Notes under the pieces: generated by a model
Told to the model about the DNA's origin: nothing
Databases searched by the model: none
Seen by the model: the letters and a program-made list of their open reading frames with translations, nothing else
In this document: positions 29,085 to 39,322 of the stretch, in pieces
How positions within the stretch are numbered: position 1 is the stretch's first letter
Layout of the letters: each line of letters begins with the position of its first letter
Source of the DNA: Minisyncoccota bacterium
GTDB taxonomy: Bacteria; Patescibacteriota; Minisyncoccia; Phycocordibacterales; UBA9973
Reading direction: 5' to 3'
DNA: 64,000 bases
Assembly (NCBI GenBank): GCA_041667145.1
Contig: JBAYFP010000003.1
Location: 8,424 to 72,423, forward strand
Position numbers and translations under genes: made by a program

Positions 29085-30833
29085 CTACACCACCTCTTGC
29101 TGATAACATTTCTCACAATAGATCAAAAAGTTCTCTGATAGATCAAAAACAGTCTCCATATCTTTTTTACATTTTCCACATACTGCTCTATATTTCTTAC
29201 CTTCTTTAACGAAAGAAAGTCTATTTTCTATTCGTAATAACGGATGTGTATCTGGAAGAGGTAAATTCATTCTTCGATAAAACTCAAGCTCAGAACTAGC
29301 TACTCTAAAGGGCCTCCCACTTTTCACGCAAAGTATCGCTTTATTTAAAATATCATCTGGTATTTCTTGAATAGTTTTAGGTAAATCAGAGTATTTTACA
29401 ACCTCAATATTACCGACATTTGTTTCTGGCTCTTTCGCAATATAACCACCAAGCTTCAATATCTCTTCATCACTAAGTGGAAAAGAAATCTGGGCTAAAG
29501 AAAAATTATAGGCTTGGGCTGAAAATTCTAAGCCCAATCCATCTCCATATTCTCCCCTATTAAGCATGTCAGTTTTTATCTCATCAACTATTCTAAAATA
29601 TTCCTCTTCAGAATATTGTTTATTTAAAACACAATAAGATTTATTCTGAAGTCCAAAACACATGAAACAATTATTTAAGTTTTTTGAATTAAAAATAAAT
29701 TCACAATCTGTACAAAATTTTGATGACACAGAAAATTTCACCCTACTAGACTGTGAACCGACATTAATATTCATATAAACCTGACTTGAATTACCGCCAG
29801 AGAAAAGAAAGTCCATAGAATCTTTATGAGACATGGCTCCGTCTCCATGTCTAACGTTTTCAGAATTATTCGCATCTATCACATCATACAAATTTCTCGA
29901 ATTCTTTATATTCACACCAAAAACATTACTAGAAGCGACATTTCTAGATCCGTTTATTGGGAGTCTTTTAACTAACTCCCAAAATTTTTCTTGGTAACTT
30001 AATATTTTATCTAAAGTAAGTGGGTAAACTGTATTTAAAAAATTTTCATATTCATCTTTAGAGTATTGTTCATTAAAAACACAATACTTAGCATTACGTA
30101 AATTCACACAGCCAAAACAATTCATACAATTCCGACAATCAAATAATAACATGCTATCTGCGCAACTATTTGAGAAATAAATAAAAGAAGATTTATATAG
30201 ATGATCTGAAAATAAAGCCTCGTAAACAAATTCTGAATCAGTGACTACTTTAGAATCCATTATGTTTCTACTCTTCATTAACATATTTGAATACCATGCA
30301 TCTTCGACATCATAACAAGCCATAACATAATACCCATTCTTTAAATTACGTCCTCCATTTGAATAATCACTATTTACAGAAGATGGATCACGATTTAAAA
30401 AAGACGGCATTGGAAATTTCTTGCGAATTGAAGACAAAACCCTCATCGGGTCGTCGCCTTCTTTATACTTAATTCCAAAAGAAAAAGGATCAAACTCTTC
30501 ACCAATAAAATATTGATAATCGTACACAGGGAATGGACACTCTTCCGGGAATATAGATATCATCATTTCACTATGTCCAGGTGCATCACATTCACGTTTA
30601 AAAAGGCGAGAAAAATTCATGTGTACAAGACGTCGCATTCTTCTACATGTAGGACAAAAATTCGGTGGCGGAACATTAAACATTTTTAAAAATTTAATAT
30701 CTCCTTCTTCAATTTCAAAATCCCCTTCACAATAGGGATGTAAGCCTGACCATTTACATGTTCGCCCATGAGGAATCAGAGAGTCTATTATTTCTTTTAT
30801 TGCACTATCAAATTTTGGCGTTTTATTTGTCAT
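29085..30833 (-). CDS. Cys-rich hypothetical protein (Zn ribbons plus Cys-rich repeats), family common in CPR
   Basis: PPNFCPTCR, DCRNCMNCFGCVNLRN, CFMCFGL, C..SGRPF...ELEFY, C-terminal CGKC..YCEKCY. Confidence 0.75.
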   Translation of the reverse strand: MTNKTPKFDSAIKEIIDSLIPHGRTCKWSGLHPYCEGDFEIEEGDIKFLKMFNVPPPNFCPTCRRMRRLVHMNFSRLFKRECDAPGHSEMMISIFPEECPFPVYDYQYFIGEEFDPFSFGIKYKEGDDPMRVLSSIRKKFPMPSFLNRDPSSVNSDYSNGGRNLKNGYYVMACYDVEDAWYSNMLMKSRNIMDSKVVTDSEFVYEALFSDHLYKSSFIYFSNSCADSMLLFDCRNCMNCFGCVNLRNAKYCVFNEQYSKDEYENFLNTVYPLTLDKILSYQEKFWELVKRLPINGSRNVASSNVFGVNIKNSRNLYDVIDANNSENVRHGDGAMSHKDSMDFLFSGGNSSQVYMNINVGSQSSRVKFSVSSKFCTDCEFIFNSKNLNNCFMCFGLQNKSYCVLNKQYSEEEYFRIVDEIKTDMLNRGEYGDGLGLEFSAQAYNFSLAQISFPLSDEEILKLGGYIAKEPETNVGNIEVVKYSDLPKTIQEIPDDILNKAILCVKSGRPFRVASSELEFYRRMNLPLPDTHPLLRIENRLSFVKEGKKYRAVCGKCKKDMETVFDLSENFLIYCEKCYQQEVV

Positions 30834-30842
30834 TTTTTATTC

Positions 30843-32570
30843 TTACATCCTTTCTGGAGCTTTGATACCGAGAAGATACAAACCGTTTTTCATAACGAGA
30901 GAAAAGGCTAAGGTTAAAGCCACTCGATAGGATGATTCTTCATCATTTTTATCGATTATTTTTGTATTTCCATAATAAGTATTGAAAGCACGAGCAATTT
31001 CAATCAAATAATTTGCAATATGATGTGGTTCAAATTCCTTTGTGCTTCGTTCTACAATTTCAGGGAATCTATATAAAAGTTTTTCTACTTCGGATATACA
31101 AAGGTCGAACCTTAAAAACCCCGGCAAAATATTTTCTGCCTTTGCTTTTTCTAAAATAGAATTTGCTCGAGCATATGAATATTGTAAATATGGGCCAGAA
31201 TCCCCCTCAAAAGAAATAGACTTCTCAAAATCATAAACAATATCTCCTCCAATGTTTTGTTTCAAGATAGAATATTTAAGCGCGCTTACCCCCACATCTT
31301 TACTTATTTGTTTTTTCTCTTCTTCAGTAAAATCCCTATCTTTTATCTTCTCTGAAATTTCTGCACAAGATTCTCGAATTAATGATTCTCCAGTTATTAC
31401 ATTTCCTTTTCTAGAAGACATCTTCCCTGTCGAAAGGCGCATCATGCCATGAATAATATGCTTCATTTTATGAGCTATCTCAGGATTCATTATTTCAAGC
31501 GCTTTACTGACTACTTTCATATACTCTTCTTGTTCATGCGCAGTCACTACTACAGATAGATCTAAGTTTTTTTCCTTTTCAAATTTCATCTCCGTAAGTC
31601 CAAGCTCTTTCGTCTCATAAGTAGGCAATCCTTGAGAATTCACAAAAACTCGGGTATGAAGTTTTGGGTCATATTTTTCACCATGAAAAACTATTGCTCC
31701 ATCACTTTTTTCAAAAATTTTATTTTCTGAAACTATTTTTAGCCCAATAGGAGCCACGACACTTTCAAAGAAATAATAATTAAAGCTTGTGCCTAGTGTC
31801 TTATAGATCTCTTCAAACGCTTCGAGTGTAATTATTTTCCCCCAATCATAAATTTCATTTATTTTTTTATCACTCTTATCATAAACTTTTCTATTTATTT
31901 CATCAATTTCTTTTTTTGCCTGCTCATCAGCCTCATAGACATCATTTCCTTTTACATAAAGCTCTCCGATATATTGCGCTTTTTCTGTCACAGATTTATT
32001 TTCATCTGGCATTCCAAACTTCAAAAGTCCATAAATTGCTTTTGCCACATGTGGGCCCACATCACCTTGATAATTTGCACGAATCGTTTTAGCCCCAGAA
32101 AACTCTACGATACGAGAGATAGATTCACCTATAGCGTTACTCATCAAATGACCGATATGAAAAGGTTTAAAAGGGTTCGGTTGTGTATATTCCACCATTA
32201 ATTTTTTTCCTTCAAAAATATTGTTGTGTCCAAAATTTTTATTCTCTAAAACTTCTTTCACACTATCTACAAAAAAAGTCTTATTTAAATAAAAATTTAT
32301 AAAGCCAGCACCGGCAACCTGAATTTCGGAAATTAGACCCCCTCCAACCTCCCCCTTCGCAGGGGGAGAGCTTAAATCCCTTAATTCTTTGACTATCTTA
32401 TTTGCTAATTCTTTTGGGTTCGTTTTTAATTCCTTCGCTAAAGTCATAGCAACATTTGTAGAATAATCTCCCATCTTCAAATCTGCTGGATGCTCTAAAG
32501 AAATATCTTCAATTTCTATATTGAGATTTTTAAGAGCATTTTTTATTAAATTTTTTAAATTATGTTGCAT
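30843..32570 (-). CDS. argS: Arginyl-tRNA synthetase
   Basis: GDYSTN.A, GFINF, EYTQPNPFKPFHIGH, KMSSRKG, GPYLQYSYAR, APERM. Confidence 0.96.
   Translation of the reverse strand: MQHNLKNLIKNALKNLNIEIEDISLEHPADLKMGDYSTNVAMTLAKELKTNPKELANKIVKELRDLSSPPAKGEVGGGLISEIQVAGAGFINFYLNKTFFVDSVKEVLENKNFGHNNIFEGKKLMVEYTQPNPFKPFHIGHLMSNAIGESISRIVEFSGAKTIRANYQGDVGPHVAKAIYGLLKFGMPDENKSVTEKAQYIGELYVKGNDVYEADEQAKKEIDEINRKVYDKSDKKINEIYDWGKIITLEAFEEIYKTLGTSFNYYFFESVVAPIGLKIVSENKIFEKSDGAIVFHGEKYDPKLHTRVFVNSQGLPTYETKELGLTEMKFEKEKNLDLSVVVTAHEQEEYMKVVSKALEIMNPEIAHKMKHIIHGMMRLSTGKMSSRKGNVITGESLIRESCAEISEKIKDRDFTEEEKKQISKDVGVSALKYSILKQNIGGDIVYDFEKSISFEGDSGPYLQYSYARANSILEKAKAENILPGFLRFDLCISEVEKLLYRFPEIVERSTKEFEPHHIANYLIEIARAFNTYYGNTKIIDKNDEESSYRVALTLAFSLVMKNGLYLLGIKAPERM
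32337..32370. repeat. C/G-run palindromic element in-frame in argS
   Basis: ACCCCCTCCAAC-CTCCCCCT-TCGC-AGGGGGAG-AG, read as LSSPPAKGEVGGG. Confidence 0.8.
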
Positions 32571-32576
32571 TTTTTT

Positions 32577-32673
32577 ATGTAATGTTCTGGTAAAGAATTT
32601 CAAGAGTCGTGGGTCCCCTGCCCTTATGACTCCGAGGGCGAAGGCTCAGAAATTTTTTATCAGAACATTATAT
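32577..32673. repeat. Long-arm hairpin element between dut and argS
   Basis: 25-bp arms 32577-32601 and 32649-32673, three mismatches all G.T; core GAGTCGTGGGTCCCCTGCCCTTATGACTC. Confidence 0.9.
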
Positions 32674-32678
32674 ATCAT

Positions 32679-33104
32679 TTATTTATGTCCTGTACTTCCT
32701 TCACGTCCATCACCACGGATAGTCTCTGAAAGTTCTCCTACTTCAAGAATATCACAATGTTCAAATTTTTGTATTAGCATTTGCGCAATTTTATGGCCTT
32801 TTTCTAGCACCACCTTTTTATCCCCAGTATTTAATAAATTCATTATTATCTCACCTCTATAACTAGAGTCTATGACCCCACCCATGATTTTAAGACCCAA
32901 ATTGAAGGAAATCCCTGATTTGTCCCAAATTAATCCTACATAGCCTTCCGGTATCTCTACAGCTATTCCAGTAGGCACACGTTCTTGTTTACCAGGTAAA
33001 AATACGACATCCTGCAAAGCATAAAAATCCATCCCTGCATCCCCTGGATGTCCATGTGTCGGTATTTTTGCATCCTTATTTAACTTTTTAACTTTGAATT
33101 GCAT
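32679..33104 (-). CDS. dut: dUTPase
   Basis: DAGMD, PTGI, KSG, GVIDSSYRGE, KIAQ, RG..GSTG. Confidence 0.95.
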   Translation of the reverse strand: MQFKVKKLNKDAKIPTHGHPGDAGMDFYALQDVVFLPGKQERVPTGIAVEIPEGYVGLIWDKSGISFNLGLKIMGGVIDSSYRGEIIMNLLNTGDKKVVLEKGHKIAQMLIQKFEHCDILEVGELSETIRGDGREGSTGHK

Positions 33105-33128
33105 ATTTATTTGATTTAACAAAATCAC

Positions 33129-33818
33129 CTACTTGGTTAAAACCTTTTTAACTTCTTCATAAACTTTATTATGAATATTTTCACGTGTATCTAAAACACC
33201 ATTTTTTAAGCAATCTATTTTTACCCAATTTTTCTGTGTCTTCGCAAGCCATAAAGCACTTTTTATAGAATTCTTTTTAAAATTAAGATCCACTTCATGA
33301 ACATCTTTTTTATTCCCTGCATAAGCTCTAACTGCCTTTTTATTTCTCTCTTTTATTAATCTCTCGACTATATTGAGAGGTAAAGAAAGATAAACAGTAA
33401 TATCAGGTCTTGGAATTTTAAAAACTTTATACTCCATCTCATCTAACCATCTTAAAAAATCAGTTCTTTTTTTAACACTTTTAATCTTTCCTCCTTGGTG
33501 TATCTGATTTGCGCTTACATATCTATCAAGAATAACAATATACCCTTCATTTAAAAACCTCTTTATTTGTTCTGAAGATTCCCATCTATCAGCAGCATAA
33601 AGCACAGAAACGATCTTTGGGTGAACTTTCACAAAATTGTAATATTGCTCGGTCAGGCAGTGTCCAATAAAACCACCGAAAAAATTATTGTAATGTGGAA
33701 AATGTATAGTTTTAATTTTAAAACCTAATTTTTTTAATCTTTTAGCTAAAAGATTTATTTGAGTAGTTTTCCCACTACCATCCGTCGCGTCTATAACTAT
33801 AAGTTTACCTTTTGCCAT
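33129..33818 (-). CDS. tmk: Thymidylate kinase
   Basis: LIVIDATDGSGKTTQ, LYAADR, ILDRY. Confidence 0.9.
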   Translation of the reverse strand: MAKGKLIVIDATDGSGKTTQINLLAKRLKKLGFKIKTIHFPHYNNFFGGFIGHCLTEQYYNFVKVHPKIVSVLYAADRWESSEQIKRFLNEGYIVILDRYVSANQIHQGGKIKSVKKRTDFLRWLDEMEYKVFKIPRPDITVYLSLPLNIVERLIKERNKKAVRAYAGNKKDVHEVDLNFKKNSIKSALWLAKTQKNWVKIDCLKNGVLDTRENIHNKVYEEVKKVLTK

Positions 33819-33857
33819 ATAGAAAATATAGCAGAAAAAAGATCAAAATGAAAATTA

Positions 33858-34664
33858 TTATGAATCAAATTCTTTTTTTCTGTATAAATTTGCAATATCT
33901 TCCTCTGTGCCATTTTTAAGTGTTATAGAAATCCATAAATCATAAGGTAAGTAACCAGTTTTCTTATTAATTGAATTAGCTGTACATTCTTTTACTAATT
34001 TCACTATTTTATGAATATCAATGAACTCTGGTACTTTAAATAATTGGTTCACTTCTATAAAAAGTTTTTTGCTTTCTGGAAATTTTTTCTCAAATTTTGA
34101 AAAATACTTCATATAGTGATCAGTTGGAAGTGAAATAGTTCCATATTTATTTACAACATTCCTTGTCCAAAGTTGGTGCCCAGCAAAAATTTCATGGAGT
34201 GCTTCACAAAAACCATCATATTTATCTGCCCAGTCTACCACCATAGATTCAAGAGAATTTTTATTCACTGCTTCATCAAGTAATATTTTATAAACATAAC
34301 CATCTACATTAGAAGGAAATCTTTTTACTAACTCTTTAACTGCTTCTTTCTCTAGGTCATCTAATTTATGAATTTGTTCTTCTGTCATTGTATCTTTATT
34401 CCCTGCTTGAATATCTCCTATAATCATTTCCGCATCATCATGGACCAAAGCTGAAATATAAGCTTTTTTTTCATCAAACTTATCTCCAAATACTTTTTTC
34501 ACCAGAGGAGAAATTTCTTTTACAATCCATGCTACTCTTCTTGAATGAATCCATAAATCAGTCCTATACCACATTACATCATATAAACTATATCTAGTTA
34601 TATTTCGTAAATTATCTTCACGACCAATAAATTTATCTAAATCATTAATAATAATTTCACTCAT
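33858..34664 (-). CDS. HD-domain phosphohydrolase (YfbR-like 5'-deoxynucleotidase)
   Basis: TRY, HS.RV, ALVHDDAE.I.GDI, WADKYD. Confidence 0.8.
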   Translation of the reverse strand: MSEIIINDLDKFIGREDNLRNITRYSLYDVMWYRTDLWIHSRRVAWIVKEISPLVKKVFGDKFDEKKAYISALVHDDAEMIIGDIQAGNKDTMTEEQIHKLDDLEKEAVKELVKRFPSNVDGYVYKILLDEAVNKNSLESMVVDWADKYDGFCEALHEIFAGHQLWTRNVVNKYGTISLPTDHYMKYFSKFEKKFPESKKLFIEVNQLFKVPEFIDIHKIVKLVKECTANSINKKTGYLPYDLWISITLKNGTEEDIANLYRKKEFDS

Positions 34665-34667
34665 AAT

Positions 34668-35132
34668 TTATTTTTCTCCTAACTCATTTAAGACTTCAGT
34701 TGCATAAAATAAAATATTTGGGCGTAAGTTCATGGTTTTTAATTCTTCTTTAGTCACCCAACGAGTTTCTGCACGTTCATGCTCATTTTTTGATCCAGAA
34801 ATAATGTTTGATTGAGATGTAGCAAAATATATAAGTACCACGTGTTGATGGGTATCATTTACATGGTGAGTAGCGAGATAACGAGGAGCTATGAGATGTT
34901 CATAATCAAATTCATTCTCAATTGCGGGTTTAGAACCAACTATTTTTATATCAAGCCCAACTTCTTCTTTCACTTCTCTCACCGCCGCTTGCAATGGATT
35001 CTCATCAAGCTCGATGTGCCCACCGACAGAAAGCCAAAGATTATGCTTTTCATGAAAACGAAGAAGCACTTTATCTTTATGGACAATAAATACTTCTACA
35101 CAATAATCAATTTTCTCGTGAATATGTGGCAT
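34668..35132 (-). CDS. NUDIX hydrolase
   Basis: GGHIELDENPLQAAVREVKEEVGL. Confidence 0.92.
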   Translation of the reverse strand: MPHIHEKIDYCVEVFIVHKDKVLLRFHEKHNLWLSVGGHIELDENPLQAAVREVKEEVGLDIKIVGSKPAIENEFDYEHLIAPRYLATHHVNDTHQHVVLIYFATSQSNIISGSKNEHERAETRWVTKEELKTMNLRPNILFYATEVLNELGEK

Positions 35133-36308
35133 TTAATTCTTTTTTAGAATTTTATGAATTTTCCTAGCTATCAAAATCATATCCTTTTCTTTTTTGCCAC
35201 GAGTAGTCTCCGCGCAAGTACCCAGGCGAATACCAGATGGATCCATCACACTGCGTGTATCTCCAGGAATAGTATTCATATTTACAATAATATTCTCTTT
35301 TTCTAACCTTTCCCCTGCTTCTTTCCCAGAAATACCAACACCATTCATCCACGTATCCATAAGAATCAAATGAGAATCCGTGCCGCCAGAAATAATATGC
35401 CAGCCGAGTTTTTGTAATTCATTAGCTAAAGTTTTTGCATTTTTTACAACTTGTTTTGCATATTTTTTGAAGCTTGGAGTCATTGCTTCTTTTAAAGCAA
35501 TAGCTACAGCAGCAATATTATTTTCGTGTGGTCCACCAAAAAGTCCAGGAATAACCATCTTATCTAATTTTTTATCAAAACCTCTTTCATCTTTTTTTAC
35601 AAATAAGATAGCTTGTCTGGGGCCACGAAGGCTCTTGTGTGTCGTCGTCATGACGCTATCTGCATAAGGAAAAGGCGAAGGATAAACTCCTCCTGCAATG
35701 AGTCCAGCAAAGTGAGACATATCTACATGTAAAATCGCTCCACATGCATCAGCAATCTCTCTAAATTTTTTAAAATCAACAAATCTAGGATAAGCAGTAA
35801 AGCCTGCAACAATAATATCCGGTTTTTCGGCTATTGCTATTTCTTTTAATTTTTTGTAATCAATAACTTCACTCTTTGCATCAAGTTCAAATTGAAGTGG
35901 CTTCCAGAGTTTACCTGTCATTGAAAGAGGATGACCATGAGTCAAATGTCCACCAGAAGTTAATTTCATCCCCATAATTTTTCCACCTAATGGGACTAGA
36001 GCAGAATACAAAGCAAAGTTTGCTGGAGAACCCGAAAGAAGCTGCACATTCACATGCCATTCTTCAGGTTTTAATTTAAAAAGTTTTAAGGCACGCTCTT
36101 TACAAAGATTTTCTACTTTATCAATAACAGTATTTCCACCATAATATCGTTTTCCAGGATATCCCTCAGCATACTTATTTGTAAGTTTTGAACCTAATGC
36201 TTTTAAAATATCATTCGAAACATAATTTTCTGAAGCTATTAAATTAATAACGCTTTTTTGTCTTTTTTCCTCTTCTTTTATTAATCTTTCTACTTGTTTA
36301 TCTTGCAT
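35133..36308 (-). CDS. glyA: Serine hydroxymethyltransferase
   Basis: LIASEN, NKYAEGYPGKRYYGG, GGHLTHG, TTTHKSLRGPR, SGIRLGT. Confidence 0.97.
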   Translation of the reverse strand: MQDKQVERLIKEEEKRQKSVINLIASENYVSNDILKALGSKLTNKYAEGYPGKRYYGGNTVIDKVENLCKERALKLFKLKPEEWHVNVQLLSGSPANFALYSALVPLGGKIMGMKLTSGGHLTHGHPLSMTGKLWKPLQFELDAKSEVIDYKKLKEIAIAEKPDIIVAGFTAYPRFVDFKKFREIADACGAILHVDMSHFAGLIAGGVYPSPFPYADSVMTTTHKSLRGPRQAILFVKKDERGFDKKLDKMVIPGLFGGPHENNIAAVAIALKEAMTPSFKKYAKQVVKNAKTLANELQKLGWHIISGGTDSHLILMDTWMNGVGISGKEAGERLEKENIIVNMNTIPGDTRSVMDPSGIRLGTCAETTRGKKEKDMILIARKIHKILKKN

Positions 36309-37156
36309 GTTTTTATTGTATCACATCTCATAATTATTGTGCCTAGCTGGTCAGTTCTCAAAGTTTTTATATTAAATGAAGATAAAATATCTAATATTTC
36401 CTTATGTGGATGACCATACTTATTATCTTTACCATCTGAGATAAATGCATACTCCGGAGAAACAGCCTTCAAAAACTCTGTAGATGTAGAAGTCCGCGAA
36501 CCGTGATGTCCTACCTTCAGAATAGTACTTTGCAATTTTTCTTTTGAATTTTCTTGAAGAATTATTTTTTCTGTTTTTATCGTTGCGTCTCCTGTAAGTA
36601 CTATCGAAGTCTCGCCATAAGAAAGTCGCGCTACAGTAGATCCTTCGTTCGTCGCCCAAGAAGAAACGTCTCTATCTGGGAATAAAATATTTACCACTAC
36701 TCCACCACCAATATCGAGCTTCATCCCCCTTTTTACTAAGATGTCAGGGATATTATTTTTCTTAATCTCATCTTTCAAATTTTGATATGTTTTAGAATCA
36801 GTCAATGTACCTGACTCAAACATTTTACCTACCTTATAAATTTTTAAAACATCTAAAAACCCAGCGATATGGTCTGCATCTGGATTGGTAATAATGAATG
36901 CATCTATTGTTCTATCAAAAGGAGACATCACTTTAGAAAGTTGACTTAAAATCTTTTTCGGTGGTCCACCATCCACTAATATTTGTATACCTGTCGGAGA
37001 CTCAATAAATAAAGCATCACCTTGACCGACATCTAACATTGCAAAAGTAAAACCTCTATGAGAACTCTGCCAATCAAAATAAAAAATAAAAATATTCGTC
37101 ATCAAAAGCAAACAAACAAGAATAAACAACCAGTATTTTTTGCAATTCTCAAACAT
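36290..37156 (-). CDS. ComEC-type MBL-fold nuclease domain, stand-alone
   Basis: LDVGQGDA, LVDGG, TNPDADHIAG, LTGD, LKVGHHGS, NKYGHPH, RTD. Confidence 0.9.
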   Translation of the reverse strand: MFENCKKYWLFILVCLLLMTNIFIFYFDWQSSHRGFTFAMLDVGQGDALFIESPTGIQILVDGGPPKKILSQLSKVMSPFDRTIDAFIITNPDADHIAGFLDVLKIYKVGKMFESGTLTDSKTYQNLKDEIKKNNIPDILVKRGMKLDIGGGVVVNILFPDRDVSSWATNEGSTVARLSYGETSIVLTGDATIKTEKIILQENSKEKLQSTILKVGHHGSRTSTSTEFLKAVSPEYAFISDGKDNKYGHPHKEILDILSSFNIKTLRTDQLGTIIMRCDTIKTCKINK

Positions 37157-37222
37157 ATTTTAATATTAACATGGAGAAATAAACATCTTCATATTAATTT
37201 CATTAAAATTGTGTCATAATTC

Positions 37223-37822
37223 ATGTATATGAAAACATTCACACAAAAAAGTTTTAATATAGATGAACTAAAAGGTATATCAACTAAAAATATAGAAGAA
37301 CATTTGAAACTTTATGCAGGATATGTAAATCAAACAAATCTTGTACTTGAAAAAATAAATGAACTATCTGAAAATGCTGAAACAAATATGGGTATTTTAA
37401 GTGGACTACAAAGAAGGTTTAGTTTTGAATATAATGGCATGCGAAACCATGAAATCTATTTTGAATCGCTTTCAGGTAAAGCAAATACCCTAGAAGGGGG
37501 CAGTAAATTAAGAGAAGCCATAACAGCAGAATGGGGTTCGTTTGAAAAATGGCTCGCATTGTTTAAAGCTATCGCCACGACGAGAGGTGTCGGCTGGGCA
37601 ATACTTTATTTTGATAAAAAAGAGAATAGATTATTAAATGCTTGGGTTGATGAACAACATTTAGGTCAGCTCCAAGACTGTACACCTATCATAGCTCTCG
37701 ACATGTGGGAACATGCTTATCTCTTTGACTATATACCAGCAGATAAGAAAAAATATATTGAAGCTTTTTTTGAAAATATTAACTGGGAAGTAATTGAAGA
37801 AAATTTTAAAAAGGCTCAATAA
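37223..37822 (+). CDS. Fe/Mn superoxide dismutase
   Basis: EEHLKLYAGYV, NGMRNHEIYF, GVGW, LDMWEHAY. Confidence 0.93.
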   Translation: MYMKTFTQKSFNIDELKGISTKNIEEHLKLYAGYVNQTNLVLEKINELSENAETNMGILSGLQRRFSFEYNGMRNHEIYFESLSGKANTLEGGSKLREAITAEWGSFEKWLALFKAIATTRGVGWAILYFDKKENRLLNAWVDEQHLGQLQDCTPIIALDMWEHAYLFDYIPADKKKYIEAFFENINWEVIEENFKKAQ

Positions 37823-39302
37823 AGAAACCTTTAATGCTTTTCCAAAAAAGAAAATAAATAAAATACATATAAATTAGTATTGTTAAAATAAGTGGAAAGT
37901 TGGGTATGGTTAACGAGGCAAAAGAGATATTTGCAAAGAAACTTATAATAGAAAGCTCATAATGAAGAAAGAGATATGAAATATACCCAAAAGGAACAGA
38001 AAGCATATACCAAATAATCCCCGTAAAACCAGTTAAAAATCCCAAAATCATAGTAAAAGGAATAAAAGGCAAAATTAAAATATTTGCAGGCAATGCTACA
38101 AGAGAAAGATTCCCCATCTTATATAAAATAAATGGCAAAACAAATATATAACAAGCACATGTCACTGACACAATATCTCGTAACCCAAAACGAGAAGTGG
38201 CCCACAAAAAATATTTCTCAATCCTAGGTGTATAAAATATCACAGCTACAGTCGCTATAAAAGAAAGCTGAAAAGAGACGTCATAACGAAGAATAAAAGG
38301 ATTTATTAAAATCATAGACACGCCAGCGAGCATGAGCGCCCGAGAGACATCATAATTTCTCCCTATAAGACGAGCTGTGAGTGCAAGAGTCGCCATTATC
38401 CCCGCTCGCACAGCGGTAGAAGAACCACCGGTCATTATTATAAAAAGTAAAATGGAAAATATTCCAGCTCCTATCCCAATATTTTTAGGAAAGGAAGAAA
38501 AAAGTTTCATTATCCATTCAGCTACAATCGTCACATTATATCCAGAAAGCGCGACGATGTGTATCGTACCAGTATCTACAAAACTCTTTCTTAGAGAAGC
38601 ATCAAAGGCAGATTTCTCTCCTAGAATAAGACCACTCATGAGTAGCGACTCTGGTTCCCTAATTACCAAATTCATCTTTTCTAAAAATTTTTCTTTAATA
38701 TAAAAAAGTGAACTTTTTACTAAATTCCCATTCCCGCTAGAGAGAACCTCAATCTTAGGATATGTCATCACATAAAATACTCCATCTTTTCTTAGATAAT
38801 TCACATAATCAAATTCTTTTCCTTGATCAGTAACAAAATTCTCCGGTTTCTTCAAAATTCCTTCAAAATTTATTTCATCACCATATTTAAATTCCTGATC
38901 TAAATTGGTAGATATCAGTATTTGCGTTTTATCTTTACCACCTAAAACTTTAACAATTAATTTTTGATTATTTACTCCGATACTTGGTTCATCTACTACA
39001 ATTCCAGAAAGTTTTATTTTATTAGATTCCCAGCCTAAAGCTGGTCCGTCTTGGGCGAAAAAAATATTATCTAGAGAAACATCAACTATACTAAATCTAA
39101 AAATACCTAGAGAAAACAATAATACAAAAATGGAAACTAAAATACCAAATTTATTTTTAGATATAAATACAAAAAATACTAATAAAGCAAAAGAAACTAT
39201 TCCTATAAAGACAACTGAAAATAAGTTCACAAAAACAAAAGAGCGCAATAGCACTCCTAAAACAAAACCAAAACAAGATACATAAAAAATTTTACCTTGC
39301 AT
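37806..39302 (-). CDS. comEC: ComEC/Rec2 DNA-uptake channel (DUF4131 plus competence domain, no MBL domain)
   Basis: FDY.NYL, GLILGEK, GTIHIVALSGYNV, VRAGIM, SFQLSF.AT, L.AN. Confidence 0.92.
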   Translation of the reverse strand: MQGKIFYVSCFGFVLGVLLRSFVFVNLFSVVFIGIVSFALLVFFVFISKNKFGILVSIFVLLFSLGIFRFSIVDVSLDNIFFAQDGPALGWESNKIKLSGIVVDEPSIGVNNQKLIVKVLGGKDKTQILISTNLDQEFKYGDEINFEGILKKPENFVTDQGKEFDYVNYLRKDGVFYVMTYPKIEVLSSGNGNLVKSSLFYIKEKFLEKMNLVIREPESLLMSGLILGEKSAFDASLRKSFVDTGTIHIVALSGYNVTIVAEWIMKLFSSFPKNIGIGAGIFSILLFIIMTGGSSTAVRAGIMATLALTARLIGRNYDVSRALMLAGVSMILINPFILRYDVSFQLSFIATVAVIFYTPRIEKYFLWATSRFGLRDIVSVTCACYIFVLPFILYKMGNLSLVALPANILILPFIPFTMILGFLTGFTGIIWYMLSVPFGYISYLFLHYELSIISFFANISFASLTIPNFPLILTILIYMYFIYFLFWKSIKGFFIEPF

Positions 39303-39322
39303 CTAAAAATTTAAATAAAAAA

